From positions 49,972,001-50,036,000 of the forward strand of contig NC_043009.1 of NCBI RefSeq assembly GCF_006345805.1: a DNA stretch of 64,000 nt. Reading direction: 5' to 3'. A program made the position numbers and the translations under genes. The stretch comes from Octopus sinensis. Its lineage: Eukaryota. Positions 14,720 to 27,018 of this stretch are shown here, in pieces. How positions within the stretch are numbered: the first letter of the stretch is position 1; every line of letters begins with the position of its first letter. The notes under the pieces are model-generated. The model saw only the letters and a program-made list of their open reading frames with translations, searched no databases and was not told where the DNA came from.

Positions 14720-14940
14720 TTACTCTTTTACTTGTTTCAGGCATCTGATTATGACCATGTTGGAGCACCGCCTTTAGTCAAGCAAATTGTCCCCAGGACT
14801 TATTCTTTGTAAGCCTAGTACTTATTCTATAGGTCTCTTTTGCCAAACCATTAATCTACGGGGACGTAAACACACCAGCATCGGTTGTCAAGGATGTTGG
14901 GGACAAACACATATACACAAACGTATACACACATACACAC

Positions 14941-15000
<60 letters not shown>

Positions 15001-15146
15001 CATACCATATATACGACGGGCTTTCAGTTTCCATCTACCAAATCCACTCACAAGGCTTTGGTCAGCCCGAGGCTATAGAAGACGCTTTCTCAAGGTGCCA
15101 CACAGTGGCTGGTAAGCAAGCTACTTACCACACAGCCACTCCTACG
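14720..15146 (-). mobile_element. SINE family A copy with expanded internal (TA)n and deleted B-box region
   Basis: Colinear with the family consensus; CACAGTGG is joined directly to CTGGTAAGC, so the GGACTGAACCCAGAACCATGTG segment is missing. Confidence 0.9.
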
Positions 15147-15561
15147 TCTCTCATTCTGGACCTAATTTTCAGTCAGCATGAGTCTACTTCCATTTATTAG
15201 TGACCCCCATTAGATTTACTTATTTCAGACCACTGCCGCTGTTACCACCACCACCACCACCACCACTACCGTATAACAAAATGTTTTTTTCCAAACTTGT
15301 TGCGTATATATTCGCTGCTTTCTTCCAAGTAATCTAATGCTCTTAGCTTAGATTTTCTATGGGGCTGAACAGATTGGTGCAACCTCGAGTATAACCAGCC
15401 AAAATTGCAAAGATAATCTGGAACTTGACTGAGGAAAAAAAAACTCCAAATGACGTGTCCTTGTTTTCTTTGTATCGTCTATTTAGATGTTTTGTTGTCA
15501 CTTTTTTGTATCACCTAGCAGTCTGGATGTTTTGCATTCTTGTCCCATTTTGTATATACAC

Positions 15562-15598
<37 letters not shown>

Positions 15599-15731
15599 AT
15601 ATATATATATATATATATCTGCCTCAACAAATTTTTATCAGACCCATGCAAGCAGGAAAAGTGGACAGTAAAATGATAATGATATATGTGTATGTGTGTG
15701 TGCATGTGTGTTTATATGTTGTACATACATG

Positions 15732-15765
<34 letters not shown>

Positions 15766-15767
15766 TA

Positions 15768-16169
15768 GGTGCAGGAGTGGCTGTGTGGTAAGTAGCTTGC
15801 TAATCAACCACATGATTCCCGGTTCAGTCCCACTGCGTGGCATCTTGGGCAAGTGTCTTCTGCTATAGCCCCGGGCCGACCAATGCCTTGTGAGTGGATT
15901 TGGTAGACGGAAACTGAAAGAAGCCTGTCGTATATATGTATATATATATGCGTGTGTGTGTGTGTGTGTTTGTGTGTCTGTGTTTGACCCTTAGCATTGC
16001 TTGACAACCGATGCTGGTGTGTTTACGTCCCCGTCACTTAGCAGTTCGGCAAAAAGAGTCTGATAGAATAAGTACTGGGCTTACAAAGAATAAGTCCCGG
16101 GGTCGATTTGCTCGACTAAAGGCGGTGCTCCAGCATGGCCGCAGTCAAATGACTGAAACAAGTAAAAGA
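15768..16169 (+). mobile_element. SINE family A, full length
   Basis: GGTGCAGGAGTGGCTGTGTGGTAAG head, GGTTCAGTCCC B-box-like motif, CORE-like CATCTTGGGCAAGTGTCTTC, TA/TG tract, tail ending GAAACAAGTAAAAGA. Confidence 0.92.
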
Positions 16170-16217
16170 AAAAATATATATATATGTAAGTATGTATGTA
16201 TGTATATGTATATATAT

Positions 16218-16274
<57 letters not shown>

Positions 16275-16297
16275 TATATATATATATATATAAATAT

Positions 16298-16328
<31 letters not shown>

Positions 16329-16337
16329 CATATATAC

Positions 16338-16404
<67 letters not shown>

Positions 16405-16408
16405 TATC
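16170..16408. repeat. Long imperfect (TA)n tract
   Basis: About 240 bp almost entirely T/A, directly 3' of the SINE tail. Confidence 0.95.
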
Positions 16409-17048
16409 AATACTGCATTGTCAGGTATTATACAAAAATATTTTAATTTTAAAAAAATTTTATCAACAATACATGTACACACAAACACACCAATACACAT
16501 GCATATATACACACATAATCACCCAAACTAATCAGAATAAAGAAAAAAAAACATCAGCAATAGATGGAGAAAAAAAAACATTAATAAATAAAAGAAACTA
16601 CGAAAAAACAAAAGAAGAAAATGAAAACGAAGAAAGAAGGTGAGGAGGAGGGGAAACATTACACGATGAGATAGAGTGAAAATTAAATAAAATTAAAATG
16701 CTTTGAAGTAATTGAATTGAGAGTGGAGTAAAGTGTTAAATATAATTATTGATGTGCAAATCAATATACAAGAGAGGTCTGGGCTTCAACTCTTGCTGGC
16801 TCTGAATGTTACAAAGTACAATGTGCAACTAATGATTAAAGATGCAGAAAAATGTGTGTGTTTGCTTTCAGCATTTGTGTGTGTGAGTGTGTGTGTGTGT
16901 GTTGAAGCTAACACGTATATACATCTCTTACGAGAAAGGATAAAAATATCTGAATATATATATATATGTACATATATGTGAGTGTGTGTATATGTGAGTG
17001 TATATGTATATATATATGTATATGTATATATATATGGATATATATATG

Positions 17049-17103
<55 letters not shown>

Positions 17104-17131
17104 GTATATATTATATATGTATGTATATATA

Positions 17132-17183
<52 letters not shown>

Positions 17184-17930
17184 GTTAATAAAAACAAAAA
17201 AAGAAGTGAAGTAAAGAAGAAAGGAAGGAAGGAAAGAAAGAGAGAAAAGACGAAAAGAATGCAAAGGAAACAATCAAATTTTGTTTTGGAATCTTCTCAG
17301 TTTCATGGTCTTAATTTAACAATTTGCTACAATAAAATACGCATTGACTTTTATGTAGAAAACTAATAGAGGAGCGATAAAGCTTTTTTTTTGTTCTGTT
17401 TCATTTTCTTTTCTTTTCCTTTCTTTTTTGTTCTCTTCATTTCAACCACAATTTTTTTTTTTTTTTTTTACCAATTTTTGTTTTATTTTAAAATAATCGA
17501 TTCTATTGGAAAAATATATGCAGAACTTTGTAAAGAGAGAATGAACGATGTTATGGTGACTAGGTAACCATAGTGAAAGATTTAATGATACTTAGATATC
17601 TTTGGAGGAGAAGAAGAGAAGAATCTCTCAAGAATTGTTGGATGACTGACCACAATCATGTAAAGGTAAATATTCTTTGTTGTTTTTTTTTTGTTGTTGT
17701 TGTTGTTTGGGTAAAACCATAAATATAAGTTTTGAATGTGTGAATAACTAGAGAGAGAGCGCGAGAGAGATGGAGCGGGGGGATACAGAGAGAGAGAAAT
17801 TGTGTGGTTGGTGGATAACTATTTGGTTGGGGTGGAGAGGAAGCATAGTTGTTCAGTGACCATGGAGAGAGATTTTACATTTGCTGAGTAAGCATAAAGA
17901 TTGATAAAATATAACAGAAGGAAAAAAAAA

Positions 17931-18155
17931 TCTTATGATGATGAGAAGAGAAGTTTATGATGAAGGGAGAAGATTCTTATGATGAAGAGAGGAGAGTCAT
18001 ACAATAGATGGAGATCTTATGATGAAGAGAGAAGAGTATTTTGGAGAGAGAGGTGACACTTTATTGAAAGAAGAAACTTATGATGACAATGGATAATCTT
18101 ATGATGAGGAAAGGAATCTTATGATGAAGGAAAAGTATCTTAATGATGATGAGAG
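17931..18155 (+). repeat. Degenerate minisatellite built on TCTTATGATGA
   Basis: About 8 irregularly spaced (T/C)TTATGATGA motifs within purine-rich spacers. Confidence 0.7.
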
Positions 18156-18538
18156 GAGAATATTATCAGAGTGATTAGAAGCCATGTCAAGAAACTTTCT
18201 TTTTCATGTTTGAATAATCCTTTTAAAAAAAGAATTTTATTTTCTGAGTAACAATGGCAAAGAGATATATCGATGGTTGGTTAAAAAGTAAGAAATTGCT
18301 TTGATAGATTGACAGATAGACAGGTAGATAGAGAGGGGGAGAGAGAGATTATTGTTGCTGCTAATCATAGAAATAATATTACTGTTGATGCTAGCAATGT
18401 GGATAAAAAACACAGAATATTTGGAAGCCATATCTTAATTTGTTGGTGATAAAGAAACTGAGATATCAACAATGGTAAGAACTAGCACAGATGAGAACAA
18501 TAAAGAAATGCAACAACCTACTTTCACTACATGAGAAA

Positions 18539-18570
<32 letters not shown>

Positions 18571-18603
18571 CAGATGGCTGTGTTAAATCCTACCTAATAC
18601 CTA

Positions 18604-18828
18604 TTTTTTTATTACCCACAAGAGGCTAAACACAGAGGGGACAAACAAGGACAGACATAGGTATTAAGTCGATTACATCGACCCCAGTGCATAACTGGTA
18701 CTTAATTTATCGACCCCGAAAGGATGAAAGGCAAAGTCGACCTCGGCGGAATTTGAACTCACAACGTAACGCAGACGAAATACCGCTTAGCATTTCGCCC
18801 GGCGTGCTAATGTTTCTGCCAGCTCGCC
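18604..18828 (-). mobile_element. tRNA-derived SINE family B (Meta-like central domain)
   Basis: Reverse complement: GGCGAGCTGGCAGAAACATTAGCACGCC head, GAGTTCAAATTCC B-box, then GACTTTGCCTTTCATCCTTTCGGGGTCGATAAATTAAGTACCAG. Near-identical copy at 37282. The domain name is from recall only. Confidence 0.88.
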
Positions 18829-18967
18829 TAGTACCAATAGTACAGGTGACTATGACTCCACATAAGGGAATTATCTATGCCTGAATGCTTGGAACTCTCT
18901 TATGGTTGTCTACTAACTACTAGACTGTTGGCCAGTAAGTGAGTGAAAGTATTCTAGTACTAACATA

Positions 18968-19165
18968 CATGACTAGTGACCATCTTGTATAACAATTGTA
19001 TGATTACTGACCACATTTATTGTTGTATTGTACCTGTATGGCTAAACAGTAACCATCTAAAGTTGTACTACACCTGCATGACTAGTGACCACATCTACTC
19101 TTGATTTGTACTTGTATAACAGATGACCACATCTAGCGTGGTTTTGCATCTGTATGACTAACAAC
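18968..19165 (+). repeat. Degenerate minisatellite (TGTATGACTAGTGACCACATCT-like core)
   Basis: About five decayed copies of ATGACTAGTGACCA(C)ATCT. Confidence 0.6.
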
Positions 19166-20649
19166 TATCAAGACTAATCAGAATAAATATGCATGCTGGT
19201 CGTTTGGATCATTCCCATATTGGAATGGCAGATCTTATTAAGAATGTCTTCGGATGCCAGTTTGGAAACTGTTTTGCAAGGATATACCTTCCAGATGCAC
19301 AAATGCAATGTGATCCTAACATTGTCTATAATAGTAAACCTAGGAAACCCTGGTCTAAAGACATTTAGTTTAACTTTGAAAATCACACAGATGTCTTCTA
19401 AATGATGATAAATCTCTTCTCTTTCATGATAGTAATCTCCCACTTCTTCCTTAATTTATGAATACGTGCACAAAAGAGAGACAGATAGGGAAGGCCCAAA
19501 CACACACTCACACACACACACACACACACACATACATACATACACATGTGCACTCGCACAAACACACGTGCAAAATCATTTGTCTTGCCAATTCAATGCC
19601 AAATAAATTCTTGAGCCTATTGAATGAAGAAAGCTGACAAGTGGAGATTATGTCGAAGTGGAGACGGAACATGGAAAATGCAAAGTGAAACCTGCCGATA
19701 GATAAATCTGTAATCGCTCTCTTGAGCCAATGGATAATCAAAATAAAATCAATACATTCAATGGCAGCAGTATTTCATCAGAGATTTTAGTTAGGAATCG
19801 GTGAACATCTTTACTAAGGCTACTAACAGCTAATCTGTTTGACAGGTTGAGCAGTAGTGTTGTTGTTGTTGTTGTTGTTGCTGTTAGTGGTGATGGCAGT
19901 GGTGGTGGTGGTAGGAATGACATTGGTGGTGGGTTTGTGTTGATGAAGGAGGAGACCCCACTTCCTTCTTCTATAAAAGAGAAATGGTGGGAACCAAGAG
20001 GTGGATATCTGTTTCTGGCACACTGAATGGCTAATCAAAGAGGGTTGGTTCTAAGTAGCCAGGAGAGGAAAGAATATGATAAACAGTAAGTGATGACAGC
20101 AAAATGAAGCTGATTCAGAATCCTTTAATGGTACTGAGATTAAGAAAGACCAGGTAGAAGGATTTTGTTTTTCATATTACTTTTATCGGTTTTGTCCATT
20201 TTCTTAAAAACCTCCACCGAGGAGAATAAATAAAGCAATAGCGTTTTTAAAGTGGATCCTTGTTTGGTGACAGCTTTCCTTTAGAGTTTTAAATGGGTCC
20301 TTAATTCACTAGATATTCCCTCTCCTCTCTCTCTTTCCCTCTTTCTGTCTCTCTCTTTCTCCTTCTCCTCCTGCCTCCTCTCTCTCTCTCTCTGACTCCT
20401 TCAAATTACATCTATTTTTCCTTGGTTAATATCTGTTAAAAGATTCTGCAAATTCTGACATTTGTAGGAACTACTGAAGTGCTTTCTTCCTGTATTTTTT
20501 ATTACTGAATATACTATTCCTTAATGCTAACCTTTCGATTAGGTTGCTCTTAACACCTGATGCATCATTCTAATCTATATATTTATAAGAGCTTTCTAAA
20601 CCATAACCTGGCATTCACACACATATATACATACACACATAAATAAACA

Positions 20650-20747
20650 TATATATATATATGCATGCATATATATATACGCACACACATATATATGCAT
20701 ATATATATGCACACATATACATATATATATATATATTTATAAATATG

Positions 20748-20789
<42 letters not shown>

Positions 20790-20852
20790 TTTATATGTAT
20801 ACATATATAAATATATATGTATATATAAATATATATATGAATATATAAATAT

Positions 20853-20893
<41 letters not shown>

Positions 20894-21025
20894 TGTATAC
20901 CCACATACATATGTATACACACATATGTATACACACACATGTATACACACACACATATATATATATATGCATGCATATATATATACGCACACACATATAT
21001 ATATATATATATATTTATAAATATG

Positions 21026-21065
<40 letters not shown>

Positions 21066-21127
21066 TTTATATGTATACATATATAAATAATATGTATATA
21101 TAAATATATATATGAATATATAAATAT

Positions 21128-21170
<43 letters not shown>

Positions 21171-21235
21171 TGTATACCCACATACATATGTATACACACA
21201 TATGTATACACACACATGTATACACACACACATAT
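20650..21235. repeat. Compound TA/CA tract with internal higher-order duplication (period about 280-305 bp)
   Basis: Anchors TTTATAAATATGTATG at 20736/21014 and GTATACCCACATAC at 20895/21172. Confidence 0.85.
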
Positions 21236-21904
21236 GTACACACATACACACACACACATATATATATTATATATATATACATATATCTTCTGCTGGTTTT
21301 AGTCACTGGATTGCAGCCATATTGGAGCACCACCTTCAGGAGCTTTAATCAATTCTATTGACCCTATGCACTTGGTTTGGTATTCATTTTATTGAGCTCT
21401 ATATACCAGATGGCAAAGTCCACCTCAGTGTAAAGAAATACCAGTCACGTGAAATAAATATCAAAATATATTTTACTTGATTTATTACCAATCCCAAAAG
21501 GAGAGAAACAATATGAATTTTGGATTGATTATATCAACAGCAGTACTTGATTTTGTACTTATTTTATTGACCCCAGAAGAATGAAAGGCAAAGCCTTTGT
21601 TTTCTAAGTAATTCTATTCACATCTAAAATGCCATATAGTAATATTAAACTGAACCCAGTATCTGACTTATTTTATTATATCACCCATTCAAGGATGAAA
21701 GGCAAAGTGGACATGAGTATGAATATAAAATATAGTGAATCATAATTAAATAACACTGGTATTTGATCCAATACTTTAAGAATTCTGCTAATCTACTGCC
21801 AAACTTGGCAGAATTTGGATTTAGGGAGTAAATACAATGTAGTATTTACTCTGGTACTTTACTGATCCTGCAATCCACTTTGCTCATTGTTCTGACTTAT
21901 GATC

Positions 21905-22343
21905 AACTCTTACTCAGGATGAAAGGTAGACTGTATGATGCATGTGTGCGAACTGCCATGCTACACTGCAGTAAAACATGGGCCATGCATAGGCTTGAAA
22001 GAAATGAAGCTAGTATGATCCACTGAATGTGTAATGTCAGTGTGCATACACAACAGAGTGTAAGCACCCTGAGAGAAAAGTTGGGCATAAGAAGCATCAA
22101 ATGTGGTGTACAAGAGAGATGATTGTGCTGGTATAGTCATGTGCTATGTATGGATAAGGACAGCTGTTTGAAGAAGTGCCACTCCCTAACTGTGGAAGGA
22201 ACCTATGGAAGAGGTAGACTCAGGAAGACATGGGATGGGGTAGTGAAGTATGACATTTGAACATTGGGCCTCACAGAGGCAATGACAGAAGACTAAGACT
22301 TTGGAGATATACTGTGATTGTGAAGACCCAGAGACTAAAGTGA
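21905..22343 (+). mobile_element. RTE-clade LINE, decayed ORF C-terminus
   Basis: Translates as RMKGRLYDACVRTAMLHCSKTW..RLERNEASM..LREKLGIRSIKCGVQER*LCWYSHV..GRGRLRKTWD, typical of the RTE post-RT region; internal stops present. Confidence 0.88.
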
Positions 22344-22870
22344 GATCACAGCCATGCATGTCCGGCCCAGTTAAGAGTACCCCTGATGCGTCGGGCGATA
22401 TGATATGCTTGAGAAGACCTGTTGAGTCAAGTGAAACCAATATCATAGCTGTGGCCAGTGCCCCCTGACTGGCTCCTGTGCTGGTGGCATATGAAAAGCA
22501 CCACTAGAACATGGTCGATGCCAGGTCCACCTGACTGGCTCCCATGCCGGTGGCATGTAAAAAGCACCATCCAAACGTGGCTGATGCCAGTACCCCTGAC
22601 TGGCCCCTGTACTAGTGGCACGTAAAAAGCACTATCCAAATGTGATCAATGCCAGGCCTGCCTGACTGGCTCCTGTGCCACTGGCATGTAAAAGGCACCC
22701 ACAACACCCTCGGAGTGGTTGGCATTAGGAAGGGCATTAAGCTGTACGAACATTGCCAGATCAGATTGGAGCCTGGTGCAACCACTAGCTCTCCAGACCT
22801 CAGTTAAAGTATCCAACCCAAGCCAGCATAGAAAACGGACGTTAAATGATGATGATGATGATGGTGATGT
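22344..22870 (+). mobile_element. RTE-associated 3' segment with 4 x ~65 bp internal repeats and (GAT)n tail
   Basis: Units start near 22451, 22517, 22584 and 22648, followed by GGTTGGCATTAGGAAGGGCAT...CCAACCCAAGCCAGCATAGAAAACGGACGTTAAATGATGATG. A second partial copy follows at about 22875-23013. Confidence 0.8.
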
Positions 22871-23033
22871 AAAGAGGTTGGTGTTAAGGATGACATCCAA
22901 CTGTAGAAACCACACCAAAACAGACATTTGGAGCTGGGACAGCTCTCTGGTTGGCCAGCTCCTATCAAACGATCCAACCCATGCCAGCATAGAAAACAGA
23001 TGTTAAATGATGTGCTGAATTATATATATATTA

Positions 23034-23339
23034 CTAGCAGTATCGCCCGGCGTTGCTCGGGTTTGTAAGGGAAATAACTATATAAGCATTTTTAGAGAGT
23101 TACTTCCCTTATATAACCCGAGCAAAAATCATTAAAAAGGCAGAAAAATGATGGTAATTTTTTTTTAAATTGTAGACTCATCGTAGACGCACGCTAATAC
23201 CCAGAAGGGCTCGATATGAATGACGACTATAAGATACCCGCTTTTGATTAAACTGCACTGCAAAATGTGGGAGTAGTTAGGAATCTAAATCGGAGGAGAC
23301 AGAGTCTCACACACACAACTTCAATTTTATATATAAAGA
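23034..23339 (-). mobile_element. Non-autonomous Helitron (306 bp)
   Basis: Minus strand starts A|TC, ends with the GC hairpin CCCGAGCAACGCCGGG then CGATACTG-CTAG|T; AT target and no TSD. Confidence 0.85.
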
Positions 23340-24679
23340 TAAGGCATCATAATAAACTTCCACAAAGCCAAGTCTATGTAACTTTATCTCCTGTGCAACA
23401 TATCTGAAAGACATACTTGCAAGTATATTTTCAGCAATCACTGGTAAAATTTTAATTTGTCATGCATGTCAGAGGTTGAACTGCATATTTAAACTGAAAA
23501 CCAATCATCAGTATAATGTAAAGAGAAACAGATACTGTCATATGTGAAAAGCACAATAGAGAGAGGGGGAGAGAGGGGGAAAGAGCAAATAAGAGAAAGA
23601 AATAGAAAGAAAACTGATAATGGAGCAATTAATTCATACTTTAAATAAGGCTTATATCTTCAATAATACATGTGATAGAAGACGATAATGTCTAACTGAT
23701 GTTAACTGGGGGGAAAAGAGGTTACAATTATATAATTATTGCTAGTGAAAACTAAAAGGTTGTAAGCAAAACACTTATATCCATTAATAAATGTTCAATT
23801 TTTCCCCTCTGAAATGCAATTGTAATGGAGTAAAATTAAACATGTATTTTTGCTTTTATAACAGTTTCATCAAACGCCACAATCATGATTATCATCATCA
23901 TCATCATCATCATCATAAAAGAGTTTAGAAAATAAAAAAAAAACCCATAAAAATAAAAATGGGAAAAAGAGAGAGAAGAGTGGTAGTGGTAGTGGTGGTG
24001 GTGATAGTGGGGGAAACCGAAAAAGGAACTAAAAACATAACAGTATGTAATAAATTCATAAGATAGAAAATAACGAAAGAAAAAACAAAAAAAAGCCAAC
24101 AATATCAACAGCAAAGAAAACATCAAAAAAAAAAATCACACATTAAATAAGATACTTAATACATCTATATAATAAAAGGGGACTAATTTGTGGAAACTGG
24201 GCAATATAGGAAAACAGTTAAAAAGATTAACACAAAAGAATAAAAAACAATACAACATTCACAACAACAACCAAAACACAAACAAAAATAAAAGTCAGCC
24301 GCTAACCAAAGGCAATTCTGTGTAATGATTTGCAATGCTTAATACATAGTTAATCATTAAATTATTGGCCATTTTGATTGGAAGATATTGGAGGAGGGCT
24401 TTTAGCGAGGAACATATTGCTTTGTTTAATTAAATTCTTTGCTGGTATAAAATCTGTCACATAATCAAGTGCTATAAATGATATGCTGCCACATTTTCCT
24501 CTGGTTAACTTACACTTCATCATATGTATGTATTTCTAGTTCGTTATGCATTCATCTCTTTATCTAATAATCTATAGTTTTCTCTCCACTTCTTCATTGA
24601 TCACACACATACTTTCTCTCTTTCTCTCAGCGCCTTGTTCTACATTTACCTCGTTTGTTCCTTAACCTTTTCTCTTTTG

Positions 24680-25370
24680 ATATTTTCTCTCTGTCTGTCT
24701 ATCTGTCTCTCTCTCTCCCTCTCTCTCACTCTCACTTTCTATACCTGTGTGTATGTGTGTGCATTTATGTTTCTCTCTCTCTCTCTCTCTCTCTCTATCT
24801 CAGTTCTTTATCCATTTGGCGTTTGTGTGTGTGTATGTGTGTGTGCATGCATTTATGCTTCTGTCTGTCTGTCTCTCAGTTCTCTAGCCATTTGGAGTGT
24901 GTGTGTGTGTGTGTGTATGTGTGTGTGTACGTGTGTGTGTACGTGTGTGTGTGTATGTGTGTGTGTATGTGTGTGTGTGTGTGTGTACGCATTTATGTTT
25001 CTGTCTGTCTCTCTCTCTCTCAGATCTCTATCCATTTGGTGTGTGCATGTGTGTGTGTGCATGTGTGTGTGCATATGCATGTATGTGTGTGTACGTGTGT
25101 GTGTGCATGTGTGTGTGCATATGCATGTATGTGTGTGTGTATGTGCATTTATGCTTCTGTCTGTCTCATTTCTGTATCCATTTGGCATATGTGTGTATGA
25201 GTGTGCACATATGTGTATGTATGTGTGCATGCCTCTGTGCACATATGTGTATGTATGTGTATGCACGCTTGTTTCATTCTCCATTCAGCACTGTTTCTAT
25301 GTCTCTGTCTACCAAACAATCTATCACACTACACTACACACAAACTCACACACACACACACACACACACA
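24680..25370. repeat. Compound (CT)n/(TG)n low-complexity tract
   Basis: Alternating CT and TG runs with a recurring GCATTTATG(C/T)TTCTGTCTGTCT motif; source of the CV/HT ORFs. Confidence 0.9.
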
Positions 25371-25572
25371 AACTGAAAATCATTGCAAATAGTGCATAGC
25401 CTGAAAGCGCAGATAGGTCTCCAACAGAGTGTCTTTGGTGCATGCAATTGAAATGAAGATGAGGTAATTCCTGATAACAGAAAGAGCAGATTGCAAAAGT
25501 AAGAAGTCAATGTAGTACTGAAATAGCAATAAAGCTTAATGTATATATGTGTGTGTGTGTGTGGTGTGTGTG

Positions 25573-25604
<32 letters not shown>

Positions 25605-25896
25605 TGGTGATGTCTGTTTATAATGTCTACAAAATAAAGAGGAGGAGAATGAGGAAGAGTAAGGAGAGTGAGAGAAGGAAGAGGGGAAGAGGAAAGAAGC
25701 AGAACAGCAAAGAAGTGAATGGTGGTGGTGGTGGTGGTGGTGGTGAGTAAAAGTTAACTAGAAAGAGTGTAGAAGAGATACGGGGTCGTTATGTAACAGT
25801 GTGAAGAAGAATATGAAAGGGGAGGAAATGTAATTTACAAGATTGGTCGGAAGAAATACTAGGGAAACCTAAGGTGTGGTGCCATTGGACTACACA

Positions 25897-26097
25897 CTCT
25901 CTTTTACTTGTTTCAGTCATTTGACTGTGGCCATGCTGGAGCACCGCCTTTAGTCGAGCAAATCGACCCCGGGACTTATTCTTTGTAAGCCCAGTACTTA
26001 TTCTATCGGTCTCTTTTGCCGAACCGCTAAGTGACGGGGACATAAACACACCAGCATCGGTTGTCAAGCAATGCTAGGGGGACAAACACAGACACAC
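25897..26097 (-). mobile_element. SINE family A, 3' half
   Basis: Near-identical to the reverse complement of 63215-63410; gives the same spurious ORF ([22 protein letters not shown]). Confidence 0.92.
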
Positions 26098-26467
26098 TGT
26101 GGAAGAGAGAGAGAGAGATATCCAGGGAATGTCAAGACCAATAAAAAACAGGTAGGCTTGCAAGCTGGGAGAGGGAGAGGGAGTGTGAGGGAAAGAGGGA
26201 GAGAGAGAAAGAGAGAGAGAGTCAGACAGACAGACTAACAGACAGAGAAGGGGAGAACACAAACATATTATATGCCCCCACCAAAGTTCAAATTATTCTT
26301 TCCTCCACTGATTAACTGGACTAGAATTATATATGCAAAATGCTTATATTTTGCATAAATGAAGACAAAAATGAGCAAATGAAATCAGCTCAGAGTGGCC
26401 AGTGGCACATATTTGGACAAAGGGGTATAGGAGCATATAAGATAAATCTTTAATATAACTTGATTCT

Positions 26468-26929
26468 TGGTGGTGGTGGTGGTGGTGGTGGTGGTGGTGG
26501 TGGTGATGGTGGTAGTAGTGGTGGTGGTGGTGGTGGTGGTTGTGGTGGTGGTGGTGTGGTGGTGGTGGTGGTGGTAGTAGTAGTAGTAGTGGTGGTGGTG
26601 GTGGTGATGGTGGCAGAGGTGTTGGTGCTAGTGGTGGTTGTAATGTTGATGGTGTTGGTAGTGGAGGTGGTAGCAGTGTTAGTGTCGGTGGTGGTTGTGG
26701 TGGTGGTGGTGGTAGTAGTAGTAGTGGTAGTAGTAGTAGTGGTGGTAGTAGTAGTAGTGGTAGTAGTAGTAGTGGTAGTAGTAGTAGTATAGTAGTAGTA
26801 GTAGTAGTAGTGGTGGTAGTAGTAGTAGTAGTTGTAGTAGTATTATTAGTAGTAGTGGTGGTAGTAGTGGTAGTAGTAGTAGTTGTAGTAGTATTATTAG
26901 TAGTAGTGGTGGTAGTAGTGGTGGTGGTG

Positions 26930-27018
<89 letters not shown>

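Noticed and set aside
15270-15560. Segment that may be a further dispersed repeat (possibly Penelope-related)
   Set aside because: Single copy in the window and no diagnostic motif that could be verified.
22451-22715. Regularly spaced repeats superficially like a CRISPR array
   Set aside because: Units are contiguous diverged tandem copies without unique spacers, in a eukaryotic retroelement context with no cas genes.
25789-26067. ORF nearly identical to 63237-63431 and 16011-16310, suggesting paralogous genes
   Set aside because: All are translations of the SINE family A 3' half.
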